NCBI GenBank assembly: GCA_964016885.1
Contig: OZ024741.1
Location: 245,706,001 to 245,770,000 of the forward strand
DNA: 64,000 bases
From: Eledone cirrhosa
Taxonomy: Eukaryota
Direction: 5' to 3'
In this document: piece by piece, positions 25,301 through 39,168 of the stretch
Layout of the letters: each line of letters starts with the position of its first letter
Numbering within the stretch: position 1 is the stretch's first letter
Notes under the pieces: generated by a model
Database searches by the model: none
What the model saw: only the letters and a program-made list of their open reading frames with translations
Told to the model about the DNA's origin: nothing
Position numbers and translations under genes: made by a program

Positions 25301-28090
25301 TTACAATCTCCGCCTGATTTTTTTAAAAATTATCTTCCCTTGGCTGGCGGGAAATTATCTCCCCTTGGACGGCTGGAAATTATCTCCCCTTGGAAGGATG
25401 GAAATTATCTCCCCTTGGACGGCTGGAAATTATCTCCCCTTGCACGGCTGGAAATTATCTCCCCTTGGCTGGAAATTATCTCCCCTTGGACGGCTAGAAA
25501 TTATCTCTCTTTGGACGGCTGGAAATTATCTCCCTTTGATTTTTTTTACAAATTATCTCCCTCTGATTTTTTTTACAAATCTCCCCCTGATTTTTTTAAA
25601 AAAATTATCTCCCCTTCGCTGGCTGGAAATTATCTTCCCTTGGACGGCTGGAAATTATCTCACCTTGATTTTTTTTACAAATTATCTCCGCCTGATTTTT
25701 TTTTAAAATTATCTCTCCTTGGACGGCTGGAAATTATCTCCCCTTGATTTTTTTTACAAATAATCTCCCCCTGATTTTTTTTTATAAATTATCTCCCCCT
25801 GATTTTTTTTTACAAATTATCTACCCCTGATTTTTTTTTACAAATTATCTCCCCCTGATTTTTTTTACAAATTATCTCCCCCTGATTTTTCTTTTACAAA
25901 TTATCTCCCCCTGATTTTTTTACAAATTATCTCCCCCTGATTTTTTTTACAAATTGTCTCCGCCTGATTTTTTTAAATATTATCTTCCCTTGGCTGGCGG
26001 GAAATTACCTCCCCTTGGACGGCTGGAAATTATCTGCCCTTGATTTTCTTTTTACAAATTATCTTCCACTGATTTTTTTTACAAATTATCTCCACCTGAT
26101 TTTTTAAAAAATTATCTCCCCTTGGAAGGCTGGAAATTATCTCCCCTTGGCTGGAAATTATCTCCCCTTGGACGGCTAGAAATTATCTCTCTTTGGACGG
26201 CTGGAAATTATCACCCCTTGATTTTTTAACAAATTATCTCCCCCTGATTTTTTTTACAAATCTCCCAGTGATTTTTAAAAAAAAATTATCTCCCCTTCGC
26301 TGGCTGGAAATTATCTCCCCTTGGACGCTGGAAATTATAGCCCCTTGGAGGGCTGGAAATTATCTTCCCTTGGACGGCCGGAAATTATCTCCCCTTGATT
26401 TTTTTTACAAATTATCTCCCCCTGATTTTTTTTTACAAATTATCTCCCCCTGATTTTTTTTTACAACTTATCTGCGCCTGATTTTTTTAAAAAAATTATC
26501 TCCCCTTGGACGGCTGGAAATTATCTCCCCTTGGACGGCTGGAAATTATCTCTCCTTGGACGGCTAGAATTTACCTCTCCTTGGACGGCTGAAAATTATC
26601 TCCCCTTGGACGGCTGGAAATTATCTCCCCTTGATTTTTTTTACAAATTATCTCCCCCTTTTTTTTTTTTACAAATTATCTCCCCCTGATTTTTTTTTAC
26701 AAATTATCTCCCCCTGATTTTTTTTTACAAATTATCTCCCCCTGATTTTTTTTACAAATTATCTCCCCCCTGATTTTTTTACAAATTATCTCCCCTTGGA
26801 CGGCTAGAAATTACCTCTCCTTGGACGGCTGGAAAATATGTCTCCTTGGACGGCTGGATATTATCTCCCCTTGGACGGCTGGAAATTATCTCCCCTTGGA
26901 CGGCTGGAAATTATCTCCCCTTGGATGGCTAGATATTACCTCCCCTTGGACGGCTGGAAATTATCTCCCCTTGATTTTTTTAACAAATTATCTCCCCCTG
27001 ATTTTTTTTTACAAATGATCTCCCCCTGATTTTTTTTAAAAAATTATCTCCCCCTGATTTTTGTTTACAAATTATCTCCGCCTGATTTTTTTTAACAAAT
27101 TATCTCCCCTTGGACGGCTGGAAATTATCTCCCCTTGGACGGCTGGAAATTATATCTCCTTGGACGGCTAGAATTTACCTCTCCTTGGACGGCTGAAAAT
27201 TATCTCCCCTTGGACGGCTGGAAATTATCTCCCCTTGATTTTTTTTACAAATCATCTCCCCCTGATTTTTTTTTACAAATTATCTCCCCCTGATTTTTTT
27301 TACAAATTATCTCCCCCTGATTTTTTTACAAATTATCTCCCCTTGGCTGGCTGGAAATTATCTCCCCTTGGAGGCTGGAACTTATCTCCCCTTGGACGGC
27401 TAGAAATTACCTCTCCTTGGACGGCTGGAAAATATGTCTCCTTGGACGGCTGGATATTATCTCCCCTTGGACGGCTGGAAATTATCTCCCCTTGGACGGC
27501 TGGAAATTATCTCCCCTTGGATGGCTAGATATTACCTCCCGTTGGACGGCTGGAAATTATCTCCCCTTGATTTTTTTTACAAATTATCTCCCCCTGATTT
27601 TTTTTTACAAATTATCTCCCCCTGATTTTTTTTTACAAATTATCTCCCCCTGATTTTTGTTTACAAATTATCTCCGCCTGATTTTTTTTTAAAAATTATC
27701 TCCCCTTGGACGGCTGGAAATTATCTCCCCTTGGACGGCTAGAAATTACCTCTCCTTGGACGGCTGAAAATTATCTCCCCTTGGACGGCTGGAAATTATC
27801 TCCCCTTGATTTTTTTACAAATTATCTCCCCCTGATTTTTTTTTTACAAATTATCTCCCCCTGATTTTTTTTTACAAATTATCTACCCCTGATTTTTTTT
27901 TACAAATTATCTCCCCCTGATTTTTTTTTACAAATTATCTACCCCTGATTTTTTTTACAAATTATCTCCCCCTGATTTTTTTTACAAATTATCTCCCCCT
28001 GATTTTTTTTTACAAATTATCTCCCCCTGATTTTTTTACAAATTATCTCCCCCTGATTTTTTTTACAAATTATCTCCGCCGGATTTTTTT
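19330..28090 (+). repeat. Duplication: ~19330-22990 matches ~24430-28090 (offset about 5.1 kb); a further related copy lies at ~40900-43500
   Basis: ORF offsets 19866/24973 and 20233/25340 (5,107), and 22340/27417 (5,077). Shared markers AAATTGTCTCCGCC, GCGGGAAATTACC, CCCCCTTTTTTTTTTT and TTAACAAATT. The related copy gives 20233/41763. Confidence 0.85.
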
Positions 28091-30922
28091 AAATATTATC
28101 TTCCCTTGGCTTGCGGGAAATTATCTCCCCTTGGACAGCTGAAAATTATCTCCCCTTGGACGGCTGGAAATTATCTCCCCTTGATTTTTTTTACAAATTA
28201 TCTCCCCCTGATTTTTTTTTACAAATTATCTCCCCCTGATTTTTTTTACAAATTATCTCCCCCTGATTTTTTTTTACAAATTATCTCCCCCTGATTTTTT
28301 TTACAAATTATCTCCCCCTGATTTTTTTTACAAATTATCTCCCCCTGATTTTTTTTACAAATTATCTCCCCCTGATTTTTTTACAAATTATCTCCCCCTG
28401 ATTTTTTTTACAAATTATCTCCGCCTGATTTTTTTAAATATTATCTTCCCTTGGCTGGCGGGAAATTATCTCCCCTTGGACGGCTGGAAATTATCTGCCC
28501 TTGATTTTCTTTTTACAAATTAACTTCCACTGATTTTTTTTACAAATTATCTCCACCTGATTTTTTTAAAAATTATCTCCCCTTGGAAGGCTGGAAATTA
28601 TCTCCCCTTGGCTGGAAATTATCTCCCCTTGGACGGCTAAAAATTATCTCTCTTTGGACGGCTGGAAATTATCACCCCTTGAGTTTTTTACAAATTATCT
28701 CCCCCTGATTTTTTTTACAAATCTCCCAGTGATTTTTAAAAAAAAATTATCTTCCCTTCGCTGGCTGGAAATTATCTCCCCTTGGACGCTGGAAATTATA
28801 GCCCCTTGGAGGGCTGGAAATTATCTTCCCTTGGACGGCTGGAAATTATCTCCCCTTGATTTTTTTTACAAATTATCTCCCCCTGATTTTTTTTTACAAA
28901 TTATCTCCCCCTGATTTTTTTTTACAACTTATCTGCGCCTGATTTTTTTTAAAAAATTATCTCCCCTTGGACGGCTGGAAATTATCTCCCCTTGGACGGC
29001 TGGAAATTATCTCTCCTTGGACGGCTAGAATTTACCTCTCCTTGGACGGCTGAAAATTATCTCCCCTTGGACGGCTGGAAATTATCTCCCCTTGATTTTT
29101 TTTACAAATTATCTCCCCCTGATTTTTTTTTACAAATTATCTCCCCCTGATTTTTTTTTACAAATTATCTCCCCCTGATTTTTTTTTACAAATTATCTCC
29201 CCCTGATTTTTTTTACAAATTATCTCCCCCTGATTTTTTTTTACAAATTATCTCCCCCTGATTTTTTTTTACAAATTATCTCCCCCTGATTTTTTTTTAC
29301 AAATTATCTCCCCCTAATTTTTTTTTACAAATTATCTCCCCCTGATTTTTTTTTACAAATTATCTCCCCCTGATTTTTTTTTACAAATTATCTCCGCCTG
29401 ATTTTTTTTTAAAAATTACCTCCCCTTGGACGGCTGGAAATTATCTCCCCTTGGACGGCTGGAAATTATCTCCCCTTGGACGGCTAGAAATTATCTCTCC
29501 TTGGACGGCTGAAAATTATCTCCCCTTGGACGGCTGCAAATTATCTCCCCTTGATTTTTTTTACAAATTATCTCCCCCTGATTTTTTTTACAAATTATCT
29601 CCCCCTGATTTTTTTTACAAATTATCTACCCCTGATTTTTTTTACAAATTATCTCCCCCTGATTTTTTTTTACAAATTATCTCCCCCTGATTTTTTTTTA
29701 CAAATTATCTCCCCCTGATTTTTCTTTTACAAACTATCTCCCCCTGATTTTTTTACAAAGTATCTCCCCCTGATTTTTTTTACAATCTCCGCCTGATTTT
29801 TTTAAAAATTATCTTCCCTTGGCTGGCGGGAAATTATCTCCCCTTGGACGGCTGGAAATTATCTCCCCTTGGAAGGATGGAAATTATCTCCCCTTGGACG
29901 GCTGGAAATTATCTCCCCTTGCACGGCTGGAAATTATCTCCCCTTGGACGGCTAGAAATTATCTCTCTTTGGACGGCTGGAAATTATCTCCCTTTGATTT
30001 TTTTTACAAATTATCTCCCTCTGATTTTTTTTACAAATCTCCCCCTGATTTTTTAAAAAAAATTATCTCCCCTTCGCTGGCTGGAAATTATCTCCCCTTG
30101 GACACTGGAAATTATAGCCCCTTGGAGGGCCGGAAATTATCTTCCCTTGGACGGCTGGAAATTATCTCCCACTGATTTTTTTTACAAATTATCTCCGCCT
30201 TATTTTTTTAAAAAATTATCTCTCCTTGGACGGCTGGAAATTATCTCCCCTTGATTTTTTTTACAAATAATCTCCCCCTGATTTTTTTTTACAAATTATC
30301 TCCCCCTGATTTTTTTTTACAAATTATCTACCCCTGATTTTTTTTTACAAATTATCTCCCCCTGATTTTTTTTACGAATTATCTCCCCCTGATTTTTCTT
30401 TTACAAATTATCTCCCCCTGATTTTTTTTACAAATTATCTCCGCCTGATTTTTTTAAATATTATCTTCCCTTGGCTGGCGGGAAATTATCTCCCCTTGGA
30501 CGGCTGGAAATTATCTGCCCTTGATTTTCTTTTTACAAATTATCTTCCACTGATTTTTTTTACAAATTATCTCCACCTGATTTTTTAAAAAATTATCTCC
30601 CCTTGGAAGGCTGGAAATTATCTCCCCTTGGCTGGAAATTATCTCCCCTTGGACGGCTAGAAATTATCTCTCTTTGTACGGCTGGAAATTATCACCCCTT
30701 GAGTTTTTTACAAATTATCTCCCCCTGATATTTTTTACAAATCTCCCAGTGTTTTTTAAAAAAAATTATCTCCCCTTCGCTGGCTGGAAATTATCTCCCC
30801 TTGGACGCTGGAAATTATAGCCCCTTGGAGGGCTGGAAATTATCTTCCCTTGGACGGCTGGAAATTATCTCCCCTTGGACGGCTGGAAATTATCTCTCCT
30901 TGGACGGCTAGAATTTACCTCT
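22677..30922 (+). repeat. 8,246-bp tandem duplication, copy 1
   Basis: Constant offset of 8,246 in the ORF track (23035/31281, 23878/32124, 25340/33586, 27235/35481, 28106/36352, 29819/38065). Rare variants are shared (AAATGATC, AATCATCTC, CCCGTTGG, GGACAGCT, AAACTATC, CTGATATTTT). Confidence 0.95.
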
Positions 30923-33900
30923 CCTTGGACGGCTGAAAATTATCTCCCCTTGGACGGCTGGAAATTATCTCCCCTTGATTTTTTTACAAATTATCTCCCC
31001 CTGATTTTTTTTTTACAAATTATCTCCCCCTGATTTTTTTTTACAAATTATCTACCCCTGATTTTTTTTTACAAATTATCTCCCCCTGATTTTTTTTTAC
31101 AAATTATCTACCCCTGATTTTTTTTACAAATTATCTCCCCCTGATTTTTTTTACAAATTATCTCCCCCTGATTTTTTTTTTACAAATTATCTCCCCCTGA
31201 TTTTTTTACAAATTATCTCCCCCTGATTTTTTTTACAAATTATCTCCGCCGGATTTTTTTAAATATTATCTTCCCTTGGCTTGCGGGAAATTATCTCCCC
31301 TTGGACGGCTGAAAATTATCTCCCCTTGGACGGCTGGAAATTATCTCTCCTTGGACGGCTAGAATTTACCTCTCCTTGGACGGCTGAAAATTATCTCCCC
31401 TTGGACGGCTGGAAATTATCTCCCCTTGATTTTTTTTACAAATTATCTCCCCCTGATTTTTTTTTACAAATTATCTCCCCCTGATTTTTTTTTACAAATT
31501 ATCTCCCCCTGATTTTTTTTACAAATTATCTCCCCCTGATTTTTTTTTACAAATTATCTCCCCCTGATTTTTTTTTACAAATTATCTCCCCCTGATTTTT
31601 TTTTACAAATTATCTCCCCCTGATTTTTTTTTACAAATTATCTCCCCCTGATTTTTTTTTACAAATTATCTCCCCCTGATTTTTTTTTACAAATTATCTC
31701 CGCCTGATTTTTTTTAAAAATTACCTCCCCTTGGACGGCTGGAAATTATCTCCCCTTGGACGGCTGGAAATTATCTCCCCTTGGACGGCTAGAAATTATC
31801 TCTCCTTGGACGGCTGAAAATTATCTCCCCTTGGACGGCTGCAAATTATCTCCCCTTGATTTTTTTTACAAATTATCTCCCCCTGATTTTTTTTACAAAT
31901 TATCTCCCCCTGATTTTTTTTACAAATTATCTACCCCTGATTTTTTTTACAAATTATCTCCCCCTGATTTTTTTTTACAAATTATCTCCCCCTGATTTTT
32001 TTTTACAAATTATCTCCCCCTGATTTTTCTTTTACAAATTATCTCCCCCTGATTTTTTTACAAAGTATCTCCCCCTGATTTTTTTTACAATCTCCGCCTG
32101 ATTTTTTTAAAAATTATCTTCCCTTGGCTGGCGGGAAATTATCTCCCCTTGGACGGCTGGAAATTATCTCCCCTTGGAAGGATGGAAATTATCTCCCCTT
32201 GGACGGCTGGAAATTATCTCCCCTTGCACGGCTGGAAATTATCTCCCCTTGGACGGATAGATATTACCTCCCCTTGGACGGCTGGAAATTATCTCCCCTT
32301 GATTTTTTTACAAATTATCTTCCCCTGATTTATTTTACAAATCTCCCAATGATTTTTAAAAAAAAATTATCTCCCCTTCGCTGGCTGGAAATTATCTCCC
32401 CTTGGACGCTGGAAATTATAGCCCCTTGGAGGGCTGGAAATTATCTTCCCTTGGACGGCTGGAAATTATCTCCCCTTGATTTTTTTTACAAATTATCTCC
32501 CCCTGATTTTTTTTACAAATTATCTCCCCCTGATTTTTTTTACAAATTATCTACCCCTGATTTTTTTTACAAATTATCTCCCCCTGATTTTTTTTTACAA
32601 ATTATCTCCCCCTGATTTTTTTTTACAAATTATCTCCCCCTGATTTTTTTACAAATTATCTCCCCCTGATTTTTTTTTACAATCTCCGCCTGATTTTTTT
32701 AAAAATTATCTTCCCTTGGCTGGCTGGAAATTATCTCCCCTTGGACACTGGAAATTATAGCCCCTTGGAGGGCTGGAAATTATCTTCCCTTGGACGGCTG
32801 GAAATTATCTCCCCTTGATTTTTTTTACAAATTAACTCCGCCTGATTTTTTTTTACAAATTATCTCCCCCTGATTTTTTTTTACAAATTATCTACCCCTG
32901 ATTTTTTTTTACAAATTATCTCCCCCTGATTTTTTTTACAAATTATCTCCCCCTGATTTTTCTTTTACAAATTATCTCCCCCTGATTTTTTTACAAATTA
33001 TCTCCCCCTGATTTTTTTTACAAATTATCTCCGCCTGATTTTTTTAAATATTATCTTCCCTTGGCTGGCGGGAAATTATCTCCCCTTGGACGGCTGGAAA
33101 TTATCTGCCCTTGATTTTCTTTTTACAAATTATCTTCCACTGATTTTTTTTTACAAATTATCTCCACCTGATTTTTTAAAAAATTATCTCCCCTTGGAAG
33201 GCTGGAAATTATCTCCCCTTGGACGGCTGGAAATTATCTCCCCTTGGACGGCTAGAAATTATCTCTCCTTGGACGGCTGAAAATTATCTCCCCTTGGACG
33301 GCTGCAAATTATCTCCCCTTGATTTTTTTTACAAATTATCTCCCCCTGATTTTTTTTACAAATTATCTCCCCCTGATTTTTTTTACAAATTATCTACCCC
33401 TGATTTTTTTTACAAATTATCTCCCCCTGATTTTTTTTACAAATTATCTCCCCCTGATTTTTTTTTACAAATTATCTCCCCCTGATTTTTTTTTTACAAA
33501 TTATCTCCCCCTGATTTTTTTACAAATTATCTCCCCCTGATTTTTTTTACAATCTCCGCCTGATTTTTTTAAAAATTATCTTCCCTTGGCTGGCGGGAAA
33601 TTATCTCCCCTTGGACGGCTGGAAATTATCTCCCCTTGGAAGGATGGAAATTATCTCCCCTTGGACGGCTGGAAATTATCTCCCCTTGCACGGCTGGAAA
33701 TTATCTCCCCTTGGCTGGAAATTATCTCCCCTTGGACGGCTAGAAATTATCTCTCTTTGGACGGCTGGAAATTATCTCCCTTTGATTTTTTTTACAAATT
33801 ATCTCCCTCTGATTTTTTTTACAAATCTCCCCCTGATTTTTTTAAAAAAATTATCTCCCCTTCGCTGGCTGGAAATTATCTTCCCTTGGACGGCTGGAAA

Positions 33901-36900
33901 TTATCTCACCTTGATTTTTTTTACAAATTATCTCCGCCTGATTTTTTTTTAAAATTATCTCTCCTTGGACGGCTGGAAATTATCTCCCCTTGATTTTTTT
34001 TACAAATAATCTCCCCCTGATTTTTTTTTATAAATTATCTCCCCCTGATTTTTTTTTACAAATTATCTACCCCTGATTTTTTTTTACAAATTATCTCCCC
34101 CTGATTTTTTTTACAAATTATCTCCCCCTGATTTTTCTTTTACAAATTATCTCCCCCTGATTTTTTTACAAATTATCTCCCCCTGATTTTTTTTACAAAT
34201 TGTCTCCGCCTGATTTTTTTAAATATTATCTTCCCTTGGCTGGCGGGAAATTACCTCCCCTTGGACGGCTGGAAATTATCTGCCCTTGATTTTCTTTTTA
34301 CAAATTATCTTCCACTGATTTTTTTTACAAATTATCTCCACCTGATTTTTTAAAAAATTATCTCCCCTTGGAAGGCTGGAAATTATCTCCCCTTGGCTGG
34401 AAATTATCTCCCCTTGGACGGCTAGAAATTATCTCTCTTTGGACGGCTGGAAATTATCACCCCTTGATTTTTTAACAAATTATCTCCCCCTGATTTTTTT
34501 TACAAATCTCCCAGTGATTTTTTAAAAAAAATTATCTCCCCTTCGCTGGCTGGAAATTATCTCCCCTTGGACGCTGGAAATTATAGCCCCTTGGAGGGCT
34601 GGAAATTATCTTCCCTTGGACGGCCGGAAATTATCTCCCCTTGATTTTTTTTACAAATTATCTCCCCCTGATTTTTTTTTACAAATTATCTCCCCCTGAT
34701 TTTTTTTTACAACTTATCTGCGCCTGATTTTTTTAAAAAAATTATCTCCCCTTGGACGGCTGGAAATTATCTCCCCTTGGACGGCTGGAAATTATCTCTC
34801 CTTGGACGGCTAGAATTTACCTCTCCTTGGACGGCTGAAAATTATCTCCCCTTGGACGGCTGGAAATTATCTCCCCTTGATTTTTTTTACAAATTATCTC
34901 CCCCTTTTTTTTTTTTACAAATTATCTCCCCCTGATTTTTTTTTACAAATTATCTCCCCCTGATTTTTTTTTACAAATTATCTCCCCCTGATTTTTTTTA
35001 CAAATTATCTCCCCCCTGATTTTTTTACAAATTATCTCCCCTTGGACGGCTAGAAATTACCTCTCCTTGGACGGCTGGAAAATATGTCTCCTTGGACGGC
35101 TGGATATTATCTCCCCTTGGACGGCTGGAAATTATCTCCCCTTGGACGGCTGGAAATTATCTCCCCTTGGATGGCTAGATATTACCTCCCCTTGGACGGC
35201 TGGAAATTATCTCCCCTTGATTTTTTTAACAAATTATCTCCCCCTGATTTTTTTTTACAAATGATCTCCCCCTGATTTTTTTTAAAAAATTATCTCCCCC
35301 TGATTTTTGTTTACAAATTATCTCCGCCTGATTTTTTTTAACAAATTATCTCCCCTTGGACGGCTGGAAATTATCTCCCCTTGGACGGCTGGAAATTATA
35401 TCTCCTTGGACGGCTAGAATTTACCTCTCCTTGGACGGCTGAAAATTATCTCCCCTTGGACGGCTGGAAATTATCTCCCCTTGATTTTTTTTACAAATCA
35501 TCTCCCCCTGATTTTTTTTTACAAATTATCTCCCCCTGATTTTTTTTACAAATTATCTCCCCCTGATTTTTTTACAAATTATCTCCCCTTGGCTGGCTGG
35601 AAATTATCTCCCCTTGGAGGCTGGAACTTATCTCCCCTTGGACGGCTAGAAATTACCTCTCCTTGGACGGCTGGAAAATATGTCTCCTTGGACGGCTGGA
35701 TATTATCTCCCCTTGGACGGCTGGAAATTATCTCCCCTTGGACGGCTGGAAATTATCTCCCCTTGGATGGCTAGATATTACCTCCCGTTGGACGGCTGGA
35801 AATTATCTCCCCTTGATTTTTTTTACAAATTATCTCCCCCTGATTTTTTTTTACAAATTATCTCCCCCTGATTTTTTTTTACAAATTATCTCCCCCTGAT
35901 TTTTGTTTACAAATTATCTCCGCCTGATTTTTTTTTAAAAATTATCTCCCCTTGGACGGCTGGAAATTATCTCCCCTTGGACGGCTAGAAATTACCTCTC
36001 CTTGGACGGCTGAAAATTATCTCCCCTTGGACGGCTGGAAATTATCTCCCCTTGATTTTTTTACAAATTATCTCCCCCTGATTTTTTTTTTACAAATTAT
36101 CTCCCCCTGATTTTTTTTTACAAATTATCTACCCCTGATTTTTTTTTACAAATTATCTCCCCCTGATTTTTTTTTACAAATTATCTACCCCTGATTTTTT
36201 TTACAAATTATCTCCCCCTGATTTTTTTTACAAATTATCTCCCCCTGATTTTTTTTTACAAATTATCTCCCCCTGATTTTTTTACAAATTATCTCCCCCT
36301 GATTTTTTTTACAAATTATCTCCGCCGGATTTTTTTAAATATTATCTTCCCTTGGCTTGCGGGAAATTATCTCCCCTTGGACAGCTGAAAATTATCTCCC
36401 CTTGGACGGCTGGAAATTATCTCCCCTTGATTTTTTTTACAAATTATCTCCCCCTGATTTTTTTTTACAAATTATCTCCCCCTGATTTTTTTTACAAATT
36501 ATCTCCCCCTGATTTTTTTTTACAAATTATCTCCCCCTGATTTTTTTTACAAATTATCTCCCCCTGATTTTTTTTACAAATTATCTCCCCCTGATTTTTT
36601 TTACAAATTATCTCCCCCTGATTTTTTTACAAATTATCTCCCCCTGATTTTTTTTACAAATTATCTCCGCCTGATTTTTTTAAATATTATCTTCCCTTGG
36701 CTGGCGGGAAATTATCTCCCCTTGGACGGCTGGAAATTATCTGCCCTTGATTTTCTTTTTACAAATTAACTTCCACTGATTTTTTTTACAAATTATCTCC
36801 ACCTGATTTTTTTAAAAATTATCTCCCCTTGGAAGGCTGGAAATTATCTCCCCTTGGCTGGAAATTATCTCCCCTTGGACGGCTAAAAATTATCTCTCTT

Positions 36901-39168
36901 TGGACGGCTGGAAATTATCACCCCTTGAGTTTTTTACAAATTATCTCCCCCTGATTTTTTTTACAAATCTCCCAGTGATTTTTAAAAAAAAATTATCTTC
37001 CCTTCGCTGGCTGGAAATTATCTCCCCTTGGACGCTGGAATTTATAGCCCCTTGGAGGGCTGGAAATTATCTTCCCTTGGACGGCTGGAAATTATCTCCC
37101 CTTGATTTTTTTTACAAATTATCTCCCCCTGATTTTTTTTTACAAATTATCTCCCCCTGATTTTTTTTTACAACTTATCTGCGCCTGATTTTTTTTAAAA
37201 AATTATCTCCCCTTGGACGGCTGGAAATTATCTCCCCTTGGACGGCTGGAAATTATCTCTCCTTGGACGGCTAGAATTTACCTCTCCTTGGACGGCTGAA
37301 AATTATCTCCCCTTGGACGGCTGGAAATTATCTCCCCTTGATTTTTTTTACAAATTATCTCCCCCTGATTTTTTTTTACAAATTATCTCCCCCTGATTTT
37401 TTTTTACAAATTATCTCCCCCTGATTTTTTTTTACAAATTATCTCCCCCTGATTTTTTTTACAAATTATCTCCCCCTGATTTTTTTTTACAAATTATCTC
37501 CCCCTGATTTTTTTTTACAAATTATCTCCCCCTGATTTTTTTTTACAAATTATCTCCCCCTAATTTTTTTTTACAAATTATCTCCCCCTGATTTTTTTTT
37601 ACAAATTATCTCCCCCTGATTTTTTTTTACAAATTATCTCCGCCTGATTTTTTTTTAAAAATTACCTCCCCTTGGACGGCTGGAAATTATCTCCCCTTGG
37701 ACGGCTGGAAATTATCTCCCCTTGGACGGCTAGAAATTATCTCTCCTTGGACGGCTGAAAATTATCTCCCCTTGGACGGCTGCAAATTATCTCCCCTTGA
37801 TTTTTTTTACAAATTATCTCCCCCTGATTTTTTTTACAAATTATCTCCCCCTGATTTTTTTTACAAATTATCTACCCCTGATTTTTTTTACAAATTATCT
37901 CCCCCTGATTTTTTTTTACAAATTATCTCCCCCTGATTTTTTTTTACAAATTATCTCCCCCTGATTTTTCTTTTACAAACTATCTCCCCCTGATTTTTTT
38001 ACAAAGTATCTCCCCCTGATTTTTTTTACAATCTCCGCCTGATTTTTTTAAAAATTATCTTCCCTTGGCTGGCGGGAAATTATCTCCCCTTGGACGGCTG
38101 GAAATTATCTCCCCTTGGAAGGATGGAAATTATCTCCCCTTGGACGGCTGGAAATTATCTCCCCTTGCACGGCTGGAAATTATCTCCCCTTGGACGGCTA
38201 GAAATTATCTCTCTTTGGACGGCTGGAAATTATCTCCCTTTGATTTTTTTTACAAATTATCTCCCTCTGATTTTTTTTACAAATCTCCCCCTGATTTTTT
38301 AAAAAAAATTATCTCCCCTTCGCTGGCTGGAAATTATCTCCCCTTGGACACTGGAAATTATAGCCCCTTGGAGGGCCGGAAATTATCTTCCCTTGGACGG
38401 CTGGAAATTATCTCCCACTGATTTTTTTTACAAATTATCTCCGCCTTATTTTTTTAAAAAATTATCTCTCCTTGGACGGCTGGAAATTATCTCCCCTTGA
38501 TTTTTTTTACAAATAATCTCCCCCTGATTTTTTTTTACAAATTATCTCCCCCTGATTTTTTTTTACAAATTATCTACCCCTGATTTTTTTTTACAAATTA
38601 TCTCCCCCTGATTTTTTTTACGAATTATCTCCCCCTGATTTTTCTTTTACAAATTATCTCCCCCTGATTTTTTTTACAAATTATCTCCGCCTGATTTTTT
38701 TAAATATTATCTTCCCTTGGCTGGCGGGAAATTATCTCCCCTTGGACGGCTGGAAATTATCTGCCCTTGATTTTCTTTTTACAAATTATCTTCCACTGAT
38801 TTTTTTTACAAATTATCTCCACCTGATTTTTTAAAAAATTATCTCCCCTTGGAAGGCTGGAAATTATCTCCCCTTGGCTGGAAATTATCTCCCCTTGGAC
38901 GGCTAGAAATTATCTCTCTTTGTACGGCTGGAAATTATCACCCCTTGAGTTTTTTACAAATTATCTCCCCCTGATATTTTTTACAAATCTCCCAGTGTTT
39001 TTTAAAAAAAATTATCTCCCCTTCGCTGGCTGGAAATTATCTCCCCTTGGACGCTGGAAATTATAGCCCCTTGGAGGGCTGGAAATTATCTTCCCTTGGA
39101 CGGCTGGAAATTATCTCCCCTTGGACGGCTGGAAATTATCTCTCCTTGGACGGCTAGAATTTACCTCT
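30923..39168 (+). repeat. 8,246-bp tandem duplication, copy 2
   Basis: Directly abuts copy 1. The match continues to about 39230, where T7 versus T8 breaks it. The exact breakpoint is ambiguous within shared monomers. Confidence 0.95.
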